Of a DNA stretch of 64,000 nucleotides, positions 50,169 through 62,690 are shown in pieces; within the stretch, counting starts at the first letter, position 1; each line of letters begins with the position of its first letter. The notes below the pieces were generated by a model that was not told where the DNA came from, made no database searches, and was given only the letters and a program-made list of their open reading frames with translations. A program made the translations under genes and the position numbers. Source of the stretch: Sphaerodactylus townsendi. Its lineage: Eukaryota. Where the stretch lies: NCBI RefSeq assembly GCF_021028975.2, contig NC_059426.1, forward strand, positions 123,132,001 through 123,196,000, in the 5' to 3' direction.

Positions 50169-50574
50169 CAACCTTTCTAATTGGCAGCCATCACCACATT
50201 CTGGGGAAGGGAGGTCCATAATTTAACTACTTGTTGTTTTGAATCTCTCAAGCTTTAGCCTCAGAAGATAACCACACATTGTAGTATTATGAGAGTGGGA
50301 GAAAAGCTTCTCCCTGTCTACTCTCTTCACATCACTGTGGTAATCACGTCAGCATAAGTGTCAACATACAGGACATTTATTTTCTAGTTTGTGAGATAAT
50401 TATTTCTTCAACAGGTCTTAACGTTTTGTATTTCAGGCAGAAACTTTTTCAAATTCACTTCCTCCTTTACATAACTAGTAAGTCACAAGGGAACTGAAAA
50501 ATGAGGTAATCTTTCAACCTCAAACAGTGTCTACTGAAGAGCTAACAGAGAATACAATATAAAACTTCCCTGTA

Positions 50575-50760
50575 CAATGTTTCACCTGGTTCTATGGCTG
50601 GCATCTTCAGAGGCACACATCTCACCATGACATGCATGAGAAGATTCCAGCCATAGATGCACGTGAAATGTTAGGTGCAAAAACTACCAGACCACAGCTA
50701 CACAGCTTGTAAAATCAACAGCCAGTTGATTTTAGCCATGAAACCCTTCAACAATACATT
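50575..50760 (+). mobile_element. Penelope-like element terminal fragment
   Basis: GGCTGGCATCTTC..GAAGATTCCAGCC inverted pair and ACCAGACCACAGC..CCTTCAACAATAC end, recalled from lizard PLEs. Confidence 0.6.
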
Positions 50761-51309
50761 CCACTTGTTGTCGGCAGGCTGATCAATCATTATTTTAGAG
50801 CTCAAATAACATTTAAATATATATATACACACACTAGTTTCGGTGGGGGGGCAGTTTCCACTATTTCTACTTGAAAGATGAATTTTTAACTTCCATGCCG
50901 ACTCTGGACATTTGTCCCTATATTTTAAAAGAATGAGAACACACTCCAGTTGACCACTGCCTTATTTATTTATTCAATTTCTAACTGGCTTTTTGATCCA
51001 GAAATATTAAAAGCCTATTTATAGAGAATGATGAAATATAACAAATTTGGAAATGTTTCCACCTCCATACCTCAGCATAAGGATGAACTGGAGCAACATT
51101 TCACCAAAATCCTGGTTTTTATTTTGTTCTTTGAAAACATTTATTAGCCACCTTCCTTATGTCCTTCATAGAGGATAATAAAAACATAAAAATAAATTTT
51201 TAAAATCACAGTTCAGGACTGCTAGTAAACTTAATCAAATGCAAAGAAAATACATTTGGTGGAATGTAGATAACTTCCATATGCACAAAGCAAATATTTT
51301 CTGGCATAT

Positions 51310-51580
51310 AGGTAAAGGTAGTCTCCTGTGAAAGGACCAAGATCCACTGGGGTGACTTCACATCATGATTTTTACTAGGTAGACTAGAAAACCACAGGGT
51401 GGTTTGCCACTGTCTTCCCCAGTCGTCTACACTTAACCCCTAGCAAAAGTATTCATTTTACCAACCTTGGAAGGCGGAGTCAATCTTGAACTGGCTACCT
51501 GAAACCAACTTCCGCCAAAACTGAACTCAGGTCGTGAACAGAACTTTAACTATATTACTGCTTTGCACCATGGGATTCCT
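51310..51580 (-). mobile_element. Sauria SINE-like element
   Basis: AGGTAAAGGT tail, GGTGGTTTGCCA, CATTTTACCAACCTTGGAAGG core. Confidence 0.7.
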
Positions 51581-51879
51581 ACTCTAGCTGTATAGTAGTC
51601 TAAAACATATGCAGTTTAGATTAATCGCTAAGAAGAGAGGCAACTGTCTTGATCCAAGAGCATTAGTCAACATTGGGGCTATTTATTTAAATGGTCACAA
51701 GTGCCACACAAGCTTTTTGCAGCTTCTGTCTTAATGCAGGCCATTTTTACTCTTGAAGTGGGAACTGCTGACATAATCAATTGGCTCTGCTCCCCCCAAA
51801 AGCAATTTTAAGAGGTACCCTGAATTGCACATATATTACCCTCTACACAGTATGGTCTTTACATTCAATTATGTAAAGT

Positions 51880-53950
51880 TCAATAAGAACATCCTAGATC
51901 AGACCAATGGTTCATTTAGTCCAGGATTCTATCTCACACAGCAACCTACCAGTTCCTCAGGACAGCCAACAATAAAGCATAAACACTGAGGCTGTGTAGC
52001 TACAATACTGATGTAGCTTCCTGGCACAGATATTCAGAATTTTATTACCTCCAAATGGGGAGGTTTGCTGTAATCTCTACTGCTAGTAGTCACAGATAAG
52101 TCTTATCCTCGATGAATCTGTCTAATCCCCTTTTAAAACTATCTGTGTTTGTGGTCATCAATACGTCCCTTGGCAGCAAATTCAACATTTTAACAACTCA
52201 TTAGGTAAAGTAGTAATTATTTTGTTCCCTGAATCTACTGATTCTCAACTTCATTGGATGCTGTCAAGTTCTAGTATTTTAAGAGGGAGAAAGTTATTTC
52301 TGTCAGTTTTCTCCACCCTTGCATAATTTTATAAACCTCTATCATGTTCCCCCCGTCGACTCTTTTCCAACCTGAAAAGTGCCAGATCCTTCAACTTTCA
52401 TCATAGGGAAGTTGCTCCAACCTCTTAATCCTCTGGGTCCCCCTCTTCTGCATTTTTTCTGGCCCCATGATGTCCTTTTGAGATATGGAACATTATACAA
52501 TATTCCAAATGAGGATGCAACATAGGGGAAGTATAATATCAGATGTTTTACTTTGAATCCTTTTCCTGCTAATTCCTTGCAGAGTTTGCCTTTTTCACTG
52601 CTGTGGCACACTAGGTTAACATTTTCACTGACTTACTACAACCTCAAGGTTTCTTTCTGTCTCAACTGAAATAAGTTCAGGCCCTATTAGCATATTGTTG
52701 AAGGTGGGATTTTTTGTTCCAGAGTGTATCACCTTACATTTACTTCTCTGAACTTCATGTGCCACATTGCTACTCACTCAGAGTTAGCCTTGGTATTCAT
52801 CATCCTGAATAGTTCTGTGTAATCTGCAAACTTGCTCCTATGTTTACCAACAGTTCTAGATCAGTTGTTAAATTAATTAAATAGCACTGGCCCCTATACC
52901 AATCTTTGTGAGACCCTACTGCTTACAAGCCTCTATTAAAAGAACTACCAATTTATTCCTTCTCTTTGCTTCCTATTCTTTAATCAGTTCTTAATTCAAA
53001 AGAAGTCTTGGATGAGGTGCCTCATAAAAGTCCAAATACATAACATCTACTGGTTCAGATATCTACAGGTTCACTTTTTCAAAGAACTCCAAAGGGTTGA
53101 TGAGGCAGGACTTGCCTTTACAGAAGCCATGCTGATTTTCTCCCAGTATGCTTTGTTCATCTATGTGCCTATTACTTCTACCTTTGATTGCAGTTTCTAA
53201 GATTCCCTTGGTCAGACATTAGGCCAACTGGTCTGTAATTTTCTGATTTCCCTCTAGACTCCTTTTAAAAAGTAGTGCAACATTCTCTATTATTCAGTCT
53301 CCTGTGGCTGATTTTAGTGACAATGTACATATACTGGATAAAAGACCAACAATCTCACTTCTGAGTTCTCTAAGAACACTTAGGTGTCGCCAGGATAGGA
53401 CCAGGTTCCCTCATCAGTGCCTTCACCAGCATGGCCGGGCACTGGCCATGCTGACAGGAGGCCGGGATGGGAATTGTAGTTCCTGAACATCTGGAGAGCC
53501 GCCAGGTTCTCTACCCCTGCCATTAGGACAGGGGTAGGGAACCTGCGGCTCTCCAGATGTTCAGGAACTACAATTCCCATCAGCCCCTACCAGCATGGCC
53601 AATTGACGTACTGACAGAAGGAAGCTGATAGAATTATGGATGAGCTGTCGACACTACGATAGTTATAGAAAACTAAAATGGATTTTCCTGATTTTTTATT
53701 TTATCTCATCACCTCAATTTGATTGAGTTATCCAGACTCCCTTTCTGGAAACAATACCTGTGGTTGGGGCACATGCCCCACACTTTTTAGAGATGTAAAG
53801 AATTCACAGAGCTTCTCTATCATCATCCTCCCTCCCATCTTCCTTTTGCACTTCTTTTATTCTTTTATCTGCATCTCTGAACTGCATCTCTGACCAGATT
53901 CCTGCCTAGAATGATTATTATTTGTCTTGACGATTTCAAAGTTTAAAGGA
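51880..53950 (-). mobile_element. Degraded CR1 LINE 3' portion
   Basis: ATAAGAAC..GATCAGACCA..GTCCAG 3' end; TCTGCAAACTT/CATC (FADD remnant); interrupted by a MITE pair. Confidence 0.8.
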
Positions 53951-54559
53951 AATTAAACTTATCACTTTCTTAAAGATCACAAAACAATTCAGGGATTATG
54001 ACATAATAAATCTGACCCTGGGATCTGCTACAAATGTAATCCCCTAAAGAAAGTAACAGCCAAAGACACGAACCTCAAAGAAAGGTCACACTCTCCCACT
54101 CCAATAATTTAAATCCATGCACTAGATTCATCAGATAACATTTGAATGATCACAGAACTGGGATTCTCTCACATACCTGGTCTACAAGAAGAGCAGCAAG
54201 TGGACTCCTTATCCAATACAAAGCGATGTCCAAAAAACTATTTCAAAAGCAACAAAACTATGTCAAAAAATAGTTGATGAAGACCACTATTCAGTGATCA
54301 AAGTTCACATATATCCGTGTCATTCTGAACGAAATTCCCCAAGCCCCCATCTTATTTTCACTTGTTTTAAGCCCGCATCCCTGCGGAAGCAAGACACAAA
54401 ACAAAAAGAAACGTATTCCCCCCCCCCTTTTAAGGGACAAAGCCATCTCAACGCCTAAAAATAAAATCATCACCTCCCACACGGAAAAATCTTTTGAAAG
54501 AGTCTTGAAATGACATAAATCGCCTCTCCAAAAGTACTCTTGTATATCCTTAGCCTTGT

Positions 54560-55340
54560 GTGATCGCTGTGGCACCATCTGGGAGGCCTGTGTCGGAAAC
54601 CGGATACCAGATAAACCTTCAGTCTGGATCTAGCGGGGGCTCGTGCTACCTTTTTCGATCGAGAAGCGCCTCACACACGACTGTCACCCCCTCCTCTCCT
54701 CCAGCGGCACTTCCCCCGGTCGCCTCGGGCAGCTCTCCGAGTCTCAGACCCCGCCCAGCCACCACTTCCCCCTCAGAGCAGCCCCACATGGGTCCCCCCG
54801 CCTCTGTCAGCCCTCAAAAAAAACCCCCATTTCACTTTTCTCTCCTGCGTCTTCAGCCGGATCCCATTCCGGAGATTCACACGCCGCACAAGTCCTTCCA
54901 CCCGCTCCACACACACAGGGCGTAACTATCGCCCCTTCGCCACCTCCGGCCTTTGGCCCTTCCTACACCGGCCCTGGCCCCACCCCGCCCGGTTCCTTCG
55001 ACCCCCACCAAGGCTCCGCCCTCGTCTCCAGAAGGCGCAACCAATTGGCCGCTTGGTATCGAATATTTCATAACTACTGGAGAAAGTCGACGCCAGTCGA
55101 GATTCAACTCCGCCTTCTTTTTCCCCTCACAGAATCATAGTAGTGCTTTCTCACTTTTCACCCTCCCGTCTTTTTTTGTTTGGTGATTGGTTTAAACTCT
55201 GAAACCGGGGGCTACAATAGGCTAGTTGAGATATCAGTCGTAGAGGTATTTCCGCCCCCCTTTTCGTTGGTTCCTGGAAGTGCTTATCTCTGCGGAGTTT
55301 AGTTGTGCGGAAGGAAGAGGCGCCGTTCAAAGACTTGGAA
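54560..55340 (-). promoter_or_regulatory. CpG-island promoter / non-coding first exon region of SNAP23
   Basis: CpG-rich, CCAAT/ATTGG, GC boxes and ETS-like motifs upstream of the SNAP23 coding exons; exact exon 1 donor not resolved. Confidence 0.7.
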
Positions 55341-55904
55341 AGTTCGGGTTGAATCCCTTCCTGTTTGAAGCAGTTTAAACGGTTGGCTTTCCTAGTTTTA
55401 AATGCTGAGCAACTGATAATGAGGGGCAAGATGAAAAATATAAAATATTCCAGATTAATTTGCTGTCTAAACTGTTCCCCTGCACCATCATACCTTTTCA
55501 GGGTTTTTTAAAATGACAATTGTATATCAGGATATCCCCTAACATAAAAATAAGTTCTGTGAGTTCTCGTCATTTTAAAAACATCTCTAGATATGTTTTT
55601 CTCTTTGTATCTTACAGCAAAATATTCTGGATACATTTTTTAAAAAATGAAAGTTGCGGATTTAAAGAATCTGTTACACGTCAGTATAGCTAATTCTCAA
55701 TATATCCAAATTTGAGGATACTTCTATCCAGAGACTGAAGCTATAACCGGACAAAACATGTCTTTCCACAAACCTGAAAAATGTCCCAGGTTTGCAGAAA
55801 AATCTGAAATCAGTGGGAAAATGGGGAATGAAAGGGAAATTAGAAGCAAGCAAATGGCAGTAAAAATTATATCAGCTTCCATGTCACTGGCTGCAATTCT
55901 ACAT

Positions 55905-55960
55905 ACAATCCTGGGAGATAGCCCATTGAATAACAATCCTGGGAGATAGCCCATTGAATA
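55905..55960. repeat. Perfect 28-bp tandem duplication
   Basis: ACAATCCTGGGAGATAGCCCATTGAATA x2. Confidence 0.95.
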
Positions 55961-56539
55961 ACATTCCGCACATTTCTCATGTTTTCTCCAAATGTATTTA
56001 GATGGCCAGGGCTGTGCATAATGAAGTTATCACAGGATGTGGTACATGTGTTCATCTTTTGTTTCCTTCAATAACACGAAGTACAACCAGTTTTGCAAGT
56101 TCTTTAAGGCTTTCAAACTGTAGTCTGTGCTCTGGTGTTTATCTATTTGAAAATACAGGAACAGCTTCCGCCTTACCACTGTTTTGACACTAGCTGTCAT
56201 CCTGTGTCAATATCTTAACAACAGAACGCTCACTGTGTAATTTTTTTGTTTGTTTTCTTTTGGGAAGTCCTTTGTTTTTTGTTCCCAGCAACTCATTTTA
56301 CAGGCTAGTCCTAGTCATCTTTACTTCAGAATATCCCACTACATTCTATGTGCTTTTGAGCTAATTTAACTTAAAAGTGCAGAATAAAATCACAAATGCA
56401 GAATTAAATCCCATTTAGTGGTACTTAATCCCAGGCAGAAACAAAAAAGCAATCTCGTGGCAATTTAGCAATTTATTGTGGCATACACATTCGCCAAAAT
56501 AAATGTTAGACTTTTTTTTTGTGGTTTTTTGCTGCAACA

Positions 56540-56990
56540 CAATAGCGCGCCTATTCTTCTGAAATTTAATCCCCAGATAAATTTACAAGCTGCAGCCCCG
56601 GTAGTCAATACTACAACGCCCATAATGCATTGCATTGCATCTCGCTCAACCATCCATTTCTGGGACAAGTCGTTTCCTGTTTTTATGACGCAGACAAACT
56701 CGTTATGATGACATACAAAACTACTATTCCCAGCATGCATATGTGCATAGAATTTGGCCGCCTGATTGGCTGAATGCAAGGACACGCTCTCCGCCTTGTG
56801 GCGCGGTTCTCTTTTGGGTCGTCTTCAGCAAGTCCCTGGAGAAGGAAGCCGCTATGATGGTGGAGGGGCCCTGCTCCATTCATCTCGCTTGGTGATGGGC
56901 GTGTCGGTTGTCGCTGCGTTGTGCGGTGTAGAGGGTACGGCTTGTGAGTACTGAAAGGCGGACTGTTTCTCCTGTTCCGCGTTTGGGGTA
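56540..56990 (+). promoter_or_regulatory. CpG promoter and non-coding first exon (donor CTT|GTGAGT after 56943) of the next gene, by synteny ZNF106
   Basis: Two ZNF143/SBS-type motifs (56610-56629 ACTACAACGCCCATAATGCA; 56720-56739 ACTACTATTCCCAGCATGCA), ATTGG at 56765, CpG-rich. Gene identity is inferred only from the conserved order ZNF106-SNAP23-LRRC57-HAUS2. Confidence 0.65.
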
Positions 56991-57039
56991 TGGGTTAAGT
57001 TTAAGTACTGATACATTTGAGGAAGGTTGGCTAATCTCT

Positions 57040-57180
57040 GGCCCCTTCCGCACATGCGGAATGATGCACTTTCAGTCCACTTTACAGTTGTTTGCAAGTA
57101 GATTTGGCTATTCCGCACAGCTGCAAAGTGCATTGAAAGTGGATTGAAAGTGCATTATTCTGCATGTGTGGAAAGGACCT
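57040..57180. mobile_element. Palindromic MITE just downstream of the putative ZNF106 first exon
   Basis: GGCCCCTTCCGCACATGCGGAATGATGCACTTTCAGTCCACTTT / AAAGTGGATTGAAAGTGCATTATTCTGCATGTGTGGAAAGGACC. Confidence 0.8.
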
Positions 57181-57981
57181 CTGTTTGGGTGAAAGACTTA
57201 CTCCAACTGGGGTTGAAAGGAAAACTCTGTGGTGATGGCACTGAAAGTGAACCATTTTAAGTAGATTTTAGGCCCGCTAAGCCCATAGCCCTGTAGTGGA
57301 ATGTGAACTGCAGACCGTGTATCTTTTCTTATTATTTTCATTCTAGCCGTGGAACCCAAATGTTTTATGGACCAAACAGATAACAAAACAAAAAAGGAAG
57401 TGTCCAATTCAGAAATTCTGTGACCTCCTACCATCTTTTTGAGAACATGAGAGAAATCTGTTTTTACTTTTACAACTCAACACTGTGATGGCAACAGTTG
57501 AGTTGCAGTGGGATCATCCAGAACAACCTTTATGGATAAAAGAATCATGTTTTGAAGGTGGCAGTAAGATAAATCCCACACCAGTGGTTTTCAAATTGCA
57601 GTTTACTGATTGCTAGTAGTTTCTAAAACATTTTCAGGTGGTTCTGAGATCAAAATGGAAAAATACGGAGAAAAGTATTGGACAGCTATGCATTTGTTTG
57701 ATATGTTTGACCATTACTGAAGGCACAATCTACTCTTTATTTTAAAAGTGCAATCAAAAGCCAGCCTTTTTCTTTAGCAACTCAAGTAACTGCAGTAGAA
57801 ACTTCCAAGACGCTTGTAGCAGTGTGTGTAGTTTTCTCCATAGACTTGTGGTGGTGTGTGCAGTTTCCTCCATAATCTTGCATAAGGGTGGCTAAGTGTT
57901 GGAGTTCAGTAGTTGAATATAATATGGAAGTTTGTCAAATCAAATCAGTTTTGGTCATAGATCAACATAATATGAATAAAA

Positions 57982-58017
57982 TTAAAAACATAAGGCATGT
58001 TAAAAACATAAGGCATG
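57982..58017. repeat. 18-bp tandem duplication
   Basis: TTAAAAACATAAGGCATG x2. Confidence 0.9.
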
Positions 58018-58383
58018 TTAAAACAATAGCTAAAGGATCTGCAGGAATGAATAGGAATACTTTAAAAAGTGTGGGTGCATAGAGAGGGTGGGCTAAGAAC
58101 AATTAAAGGAAACAAAAACTTTAGAAACTACAAAAGAACATTCAGTAAGGACAGGGAAATGTCAAAATTAGCAGATGAGAGGCTATAACTATCAAGTCAT
58201 AGTGCACTCTAATATGGCATACTTAAACTTGGATTATAGCATAATCTTCCTGCGATATGTATCAAGTGCTGCTGTGCAAAACCTGACTACACTATATGTT
58301 ATATCACGGTTGGTATTTGTTAGCAACAAAGCAATATAGATTGGTCTTGTGAGACTTGGGAATCTATGCATCAATGGTAAAAT

Positions 58384-58680
58384 GAAGAAGAGAAGTTTGG
58401 ATTTATATCCCCCCTTTCTCTCCTGTAGGAGACTCAAAGGGGGTTACAATCTCCTTGCCCTTCCCCCCTCACAACAAACACCCTGTGAGGTGGGTGGGGC
58501 TGAGAGAGCTCCGAAAAGCTGTGACTAGCCCAAAGTCACCCAGCTTGCGTGTGTGGGAGTGCACAGGCTAATCTGAATTCCCCAGATAAGCCTCCACAGC
58601 TCAAGTGGCAGAGCGGGGAACCAACCCCGTTCCTCCAGATTAGAATGCACCTGCTCTTAACCACTACGCCACGGCTACTC
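58384..58680 (-). mobile_element. Young tRNA-derived SINE (Squam3-like)
   Basis: Reverse-complement match to 49874-50168. Confidence 0.88.
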
Positions 58681-58930
58681 CTAAAATGAGGCATGTATAT
58701 CTTCATAGTACTGGCATTGGAGAAGCACATATTCTATTGCTCCTGTATGTACAGATTCACAAGGGCATTGTCTCTCCAGGTAAGGAATCTTCTTATATCA
58801 GTCTTCAAGGACAGCTGAGGGAAGGACATGCATCGTGCCAAAGTAACAGCCCTCCACAGTTTAGATACTTAATGGAAGCCAGTCAAATGTCCTTCCACAT
58901 GAAATATATAACAATCCCATGAGGTGGTGA

Positions 58931-59801
58931 CAGGGGTGTATCGGGGGGAAATGGAGCTCAGAGACAACCCCTTCTCTGGGCGCCCCCCCATGCTTGGGGG
59001 CGGGGATGCCAGCCGCTGAGCCACCTCATGTTTCTGTGCAGGCCAGCAGGACCTGTGGAGGCCTGCTCAGAGGCCGGAGGCAGGGCTGGGGGCCCCCATT
59101 GCTGAGCCCTGCCCCCCCAGCCTCTGTGCAGGCTGAGCCTCCCCACCCCCAGCCTCCATTCAGGCCCCAGGGAGGCCTACATGGAGGCTGGGAGCGGGGC
59201 AACTGCCGCCGAGCACCAGCCTCCATCCAGGTTGAGCCGTGCCATCTCAATCCCCGCCCCCTGTGCAGGACCTGGGGAGACCTGCACAGAGGCCGGAGAT
59301 GGGGCTTTGGGAGCAGGGCCACTGCCGCCAAGCCCCCCCAGTCTCCGTGCAGGACAAGCCCCTCCCCCCGGCTTCCGTGCAGGCCAAGAAGGTCTGGGGA
59401 GGCTTGCACGGAGACCGGAGACGGGGTTTCAGGGTGGGGCTGCCCGTGGCCTCCATACAGGCCGAGACCTGCCTCCTGGCCTCCATGCATGCTGAGCCAC
59501 ACCCACCATGCAGGCTGGCAGGGCCTGGAAAGACCTGCACAGATGCTGGGAATGGGGCCACCCACCACCATGCCCCGCCCCCTGGCCTCCTTGCAGGCCA
59601 AGCCCTGCCCCCCAGCCTCCGTGCAGGCCCACAGGGCCTAGGGATGCCTGCACGGAGGCTGGGAGGGGGTGGGGCTTGGTGGCATGCGGCTAGAGCGCAT
59701 GCCTTTTGGTCATGGGGGGCGCCTGGCGCGCTCCCTGAGACCAAAAGGCGTGTGCCCGGTGACATAAGTGACCCCTTATCCCTATAGGCTGTACGCCTCT
59801 G
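58931..59801. mobile_element. GC-rich non-autonomous hAT element with internal CCTCCGTGCAGG-type repeats
   Basis: TIR CAGGGGTGTA / TACGCCTCTG; TSD GGTGGTGA / GGTTGTGG (6/8). Confidence 0.8.
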
Positions 59802-62593
59802 GGTTGTGGTCCCTAAGAACAAACCAGGAGAGTTATTCTTGATGCAATTTATTTAACTGTAGTAGTACTCATTTTTATTTCACAGATAAATTTATAATGC
59901 AAATTCTGAGCTAGTTTCATGTGTCTTAAGCGTAAACTTTTAATATAGAAACAACCTTATGTTCATGAAAAAAGTAATATGATTACATAAAATATTAGTA
60001 ACTTTTTTCTGTTCTTACAAAAATCTTCTCCAACTAATGTTCATTCTGCCTTAATCCATGGAGGCATTAGGCATTATTTCTCATTCAGAAGTGTTTATCA
60101 GCTTCTTATATTAATGGTTTGTTTTCCCATTTTTATTAAGACTTTTATTAGCTTTCTGTCCGTTATGAAATATGTGATTCAACAGTAATGTGCCTCAAAA
60201 TTTTCTAACTTGCTCACCCTAATGCAACACCCACTTAAAATAGCAAAACATAAAATAAATTTAAAGAAGACAAAACATCAGTAGAAGCTTTTAGGATGGT
60301 TAGTATAGCCAGGCCTCAATTTTCAAGCTCCTTCCACTTCCAGAGGGAATTCTCTGCTGCAGGTATCCAGACTTCAGCTCTCCCCCTTTTCTAAAGTCCT
60401 TCAGAGCTCTCTGCCTTGGCTGACTAAGTCTGATCTACTTATAGGTTGAAGGGGTATTGAAAAATTTGACTGGCTCTTAACGCAGGTTGTTAAAGGGACC
60501 AATAGGATTGCTACGTTCTCCCTACTATGCCTGAATTTGCATGATTGTTCAGCTTTCTAGAACACATAAAGATCTTAAATTCACTCTAATACATACACTT
60601 TTCTGCTTATAATCATGTACACACAGATATGTACATTTTAAAAAATCTTCTCAGAAGCTAAGGAAAAAAGAGTAATCTTCTGTTGCTGTGTCCGTAGAGT
60701 TTCAGGAAAGATTCCCTTGCATGTTTTTATTTATCCTCTATTTGTTGATAACCAAATGTAACTTAATATTTTCTCCACACAATCAAGGAAGTCCTCCATC
60801 CTCTATTTCTCTATACTTGGTCAAATAGTTAATTTCCAAGGATAAGCATGTGGGTGCTTTTATCATGCACAGTTTCTATGTTGAGAGCAACTTCCATGAG
60901 AAAGTTATTTCATTTTGACCTACTGAAGTCCTAGATCTAATTTTGTTTAGTAATTTTACTCAGTTTATACCAGTGTGATAATTGGATATTATATCCTGAT
61001 TCATTGGACAATTTGGATTCTAGAGATTTAGAAACCACTAAAGCATCTGGTTAAAATTATTTTTGAAGATTGCCTTTTCATTACATATATTGGCAGAATG
61101 TAGTGGGAGGTAATGAGAATTTTTCTTGCAAGGTATTGAAGGATTTAAAAGTGTCACTTGTCTAGTTGCTGAGGCTACTAGAATTCTTTAGATAGTGTAT
61201 TTAATCAGAACCTTTTATTCCCTTCTAACTTCACTGTGACTTGCTTACTTTCAAATGGATGTCTTGACTTTCAGAAGTTCTGTAACTAAAATGGCAGGAA
61301 ACAGCTGAAAGGGGTTTCTCGTCAGAGTCCTGGGCATGAAAATGTTGAAGACTACTTCTCTACATTATTTCTTACCAGATATTATATAAGGTTTTCTTGA
61401 TTAATGGAAATTTCACCCAGCTTCAAGAGGCATCAGCTGAGCTAATGTCACTTGGAAGAGCCTATAAGAGGAAGAACAGACAACCCAGACCATATGATTC
61501 AGAAAGCGTGGCACTCAAGCTGGCGCCTGTATGGTGCCTCTTGCTTTTTTTGCATTGTCTACTCTAGAACATGCCTTTTGGGTATGAGCACATCTTACTT
61601 CTGCAGCAACCTGTGTGTGTCCTGTGGGGGTCACCATCCTCTTAAAAGAAGTTGGAGGCTTTGTGAAGGGACTAAGGAAGTCCTTTTCTATGTGACCTGA
61701 CTGTCTGCTCTGTAAAGATCCTATGAGGACCTGAACTGGTTGCCTGCTTGGCATAGCTACTTTTAGTAGTTTGCTTCTTTGTTTTCTATTGCTTTTTCTT
61801 GTTTTTATATTTTTTTCTCTTAAACTTTATAATTGTAGCCTGAGTCTGGTGTGTCAGAATAAGGGTTCTCCTAATAGTTGCCTAAGAACTATTCAGAATG
61901 AGTCAAATTGATTTCCCTTGTCGACCATCGTTAGAAGTTATAACAAATCATTACAACTTAATTATATTTAATTTAAAAGTCAGAGGTAACAGTTCTTGTA
62001 ACTGTTCTTGTAATTAGTGTAACTGTCAACCCCATTAATTGTTTGTGTATTTTTCTGTTGCACTTATGAAGTCACTTTTAAGATAGCTAAGCAGAATAAT
62101 TCTTTGGGCCTGTCAGAATCCCACTGGTGAAAATGAGTGGCTACATTTGGCTAAAGTCAGTGGCAGAAGTGGACTGGGAAGTGAAAAACTCAGACACAAG
62201 CTAAACCGAGTGACCACTGAGGCATTACTGTTACCAATGAAAGGCCTGAGCCAAGTTGCACATGAGTTACTGACAGAGTTTCTGGCACTTGGCTTTGGTT
62301 GTTTCTAGCTGCCAGTGGGTCACTAAGGCAATGGACCGCCAAGAAATTTACCTGTAAATACTCAGTGTTCCCGGGTCAGTCTGCTTAGAAGTGTGCAGCT
62401 GTGTTTGGGGCAGCACAATTAGACTTTCATATCTTTTGAGTTTCCATACGAAAGAAAGTCCACATTATCTCGTCTCTTTTTGGCTCATTGAAACAACTTT
62501 ATTCTAGAAGGCATTTGGAGTAACAGGTCTCTGAGCTCAAATTGTCCTGTTTAATTGTTGCTAGTTTTGATTTCTTTGTTTCTTCTAGTTCTT

Positions 62594-62690
62594 AGAATCA
62601 CAGAATCATAGAGTTGGAAGAGACCCCAAGGGACATCAAGTCCAACCCCCTGCAATGCAGGAACACATAAAGCACTCCTGACAGATGACA
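62594..62690 (-). mobile_element. CR1 3' end fragment
   Basis: AGAATCACAGAATCATAGAGTTGGAAGAGACC..ATCAAGTCCAACCCC. Confidence 0.8.

Noticed and set aside
54560-55186. Pro/Ser-rich ORFs of 121-165 aa
   Set aside because: CpG-island composition artefact with no recognisable domain
49874-58680. Inverted pair of young SINEs
   Set aside because: They fall in divergent transcription units, so they are not in one pre-mRNA
58958-59822. Many long overlapping ORFs (up to 215 aa)
   Set aside because: GC-rich internal repeats of a hAT element lack stop codons by composition; low-complexity Pro/Gly/Arg translations
61452-61700. ORF containing SCFFCIVYSR, superficially like the recalled ZNF106 N-terminus (KCILCHIVYS)
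   Set aside because: Spacing and flanks do not match and there is no suitable splice context; the ZNF106 coding exons probably lie beyond the window
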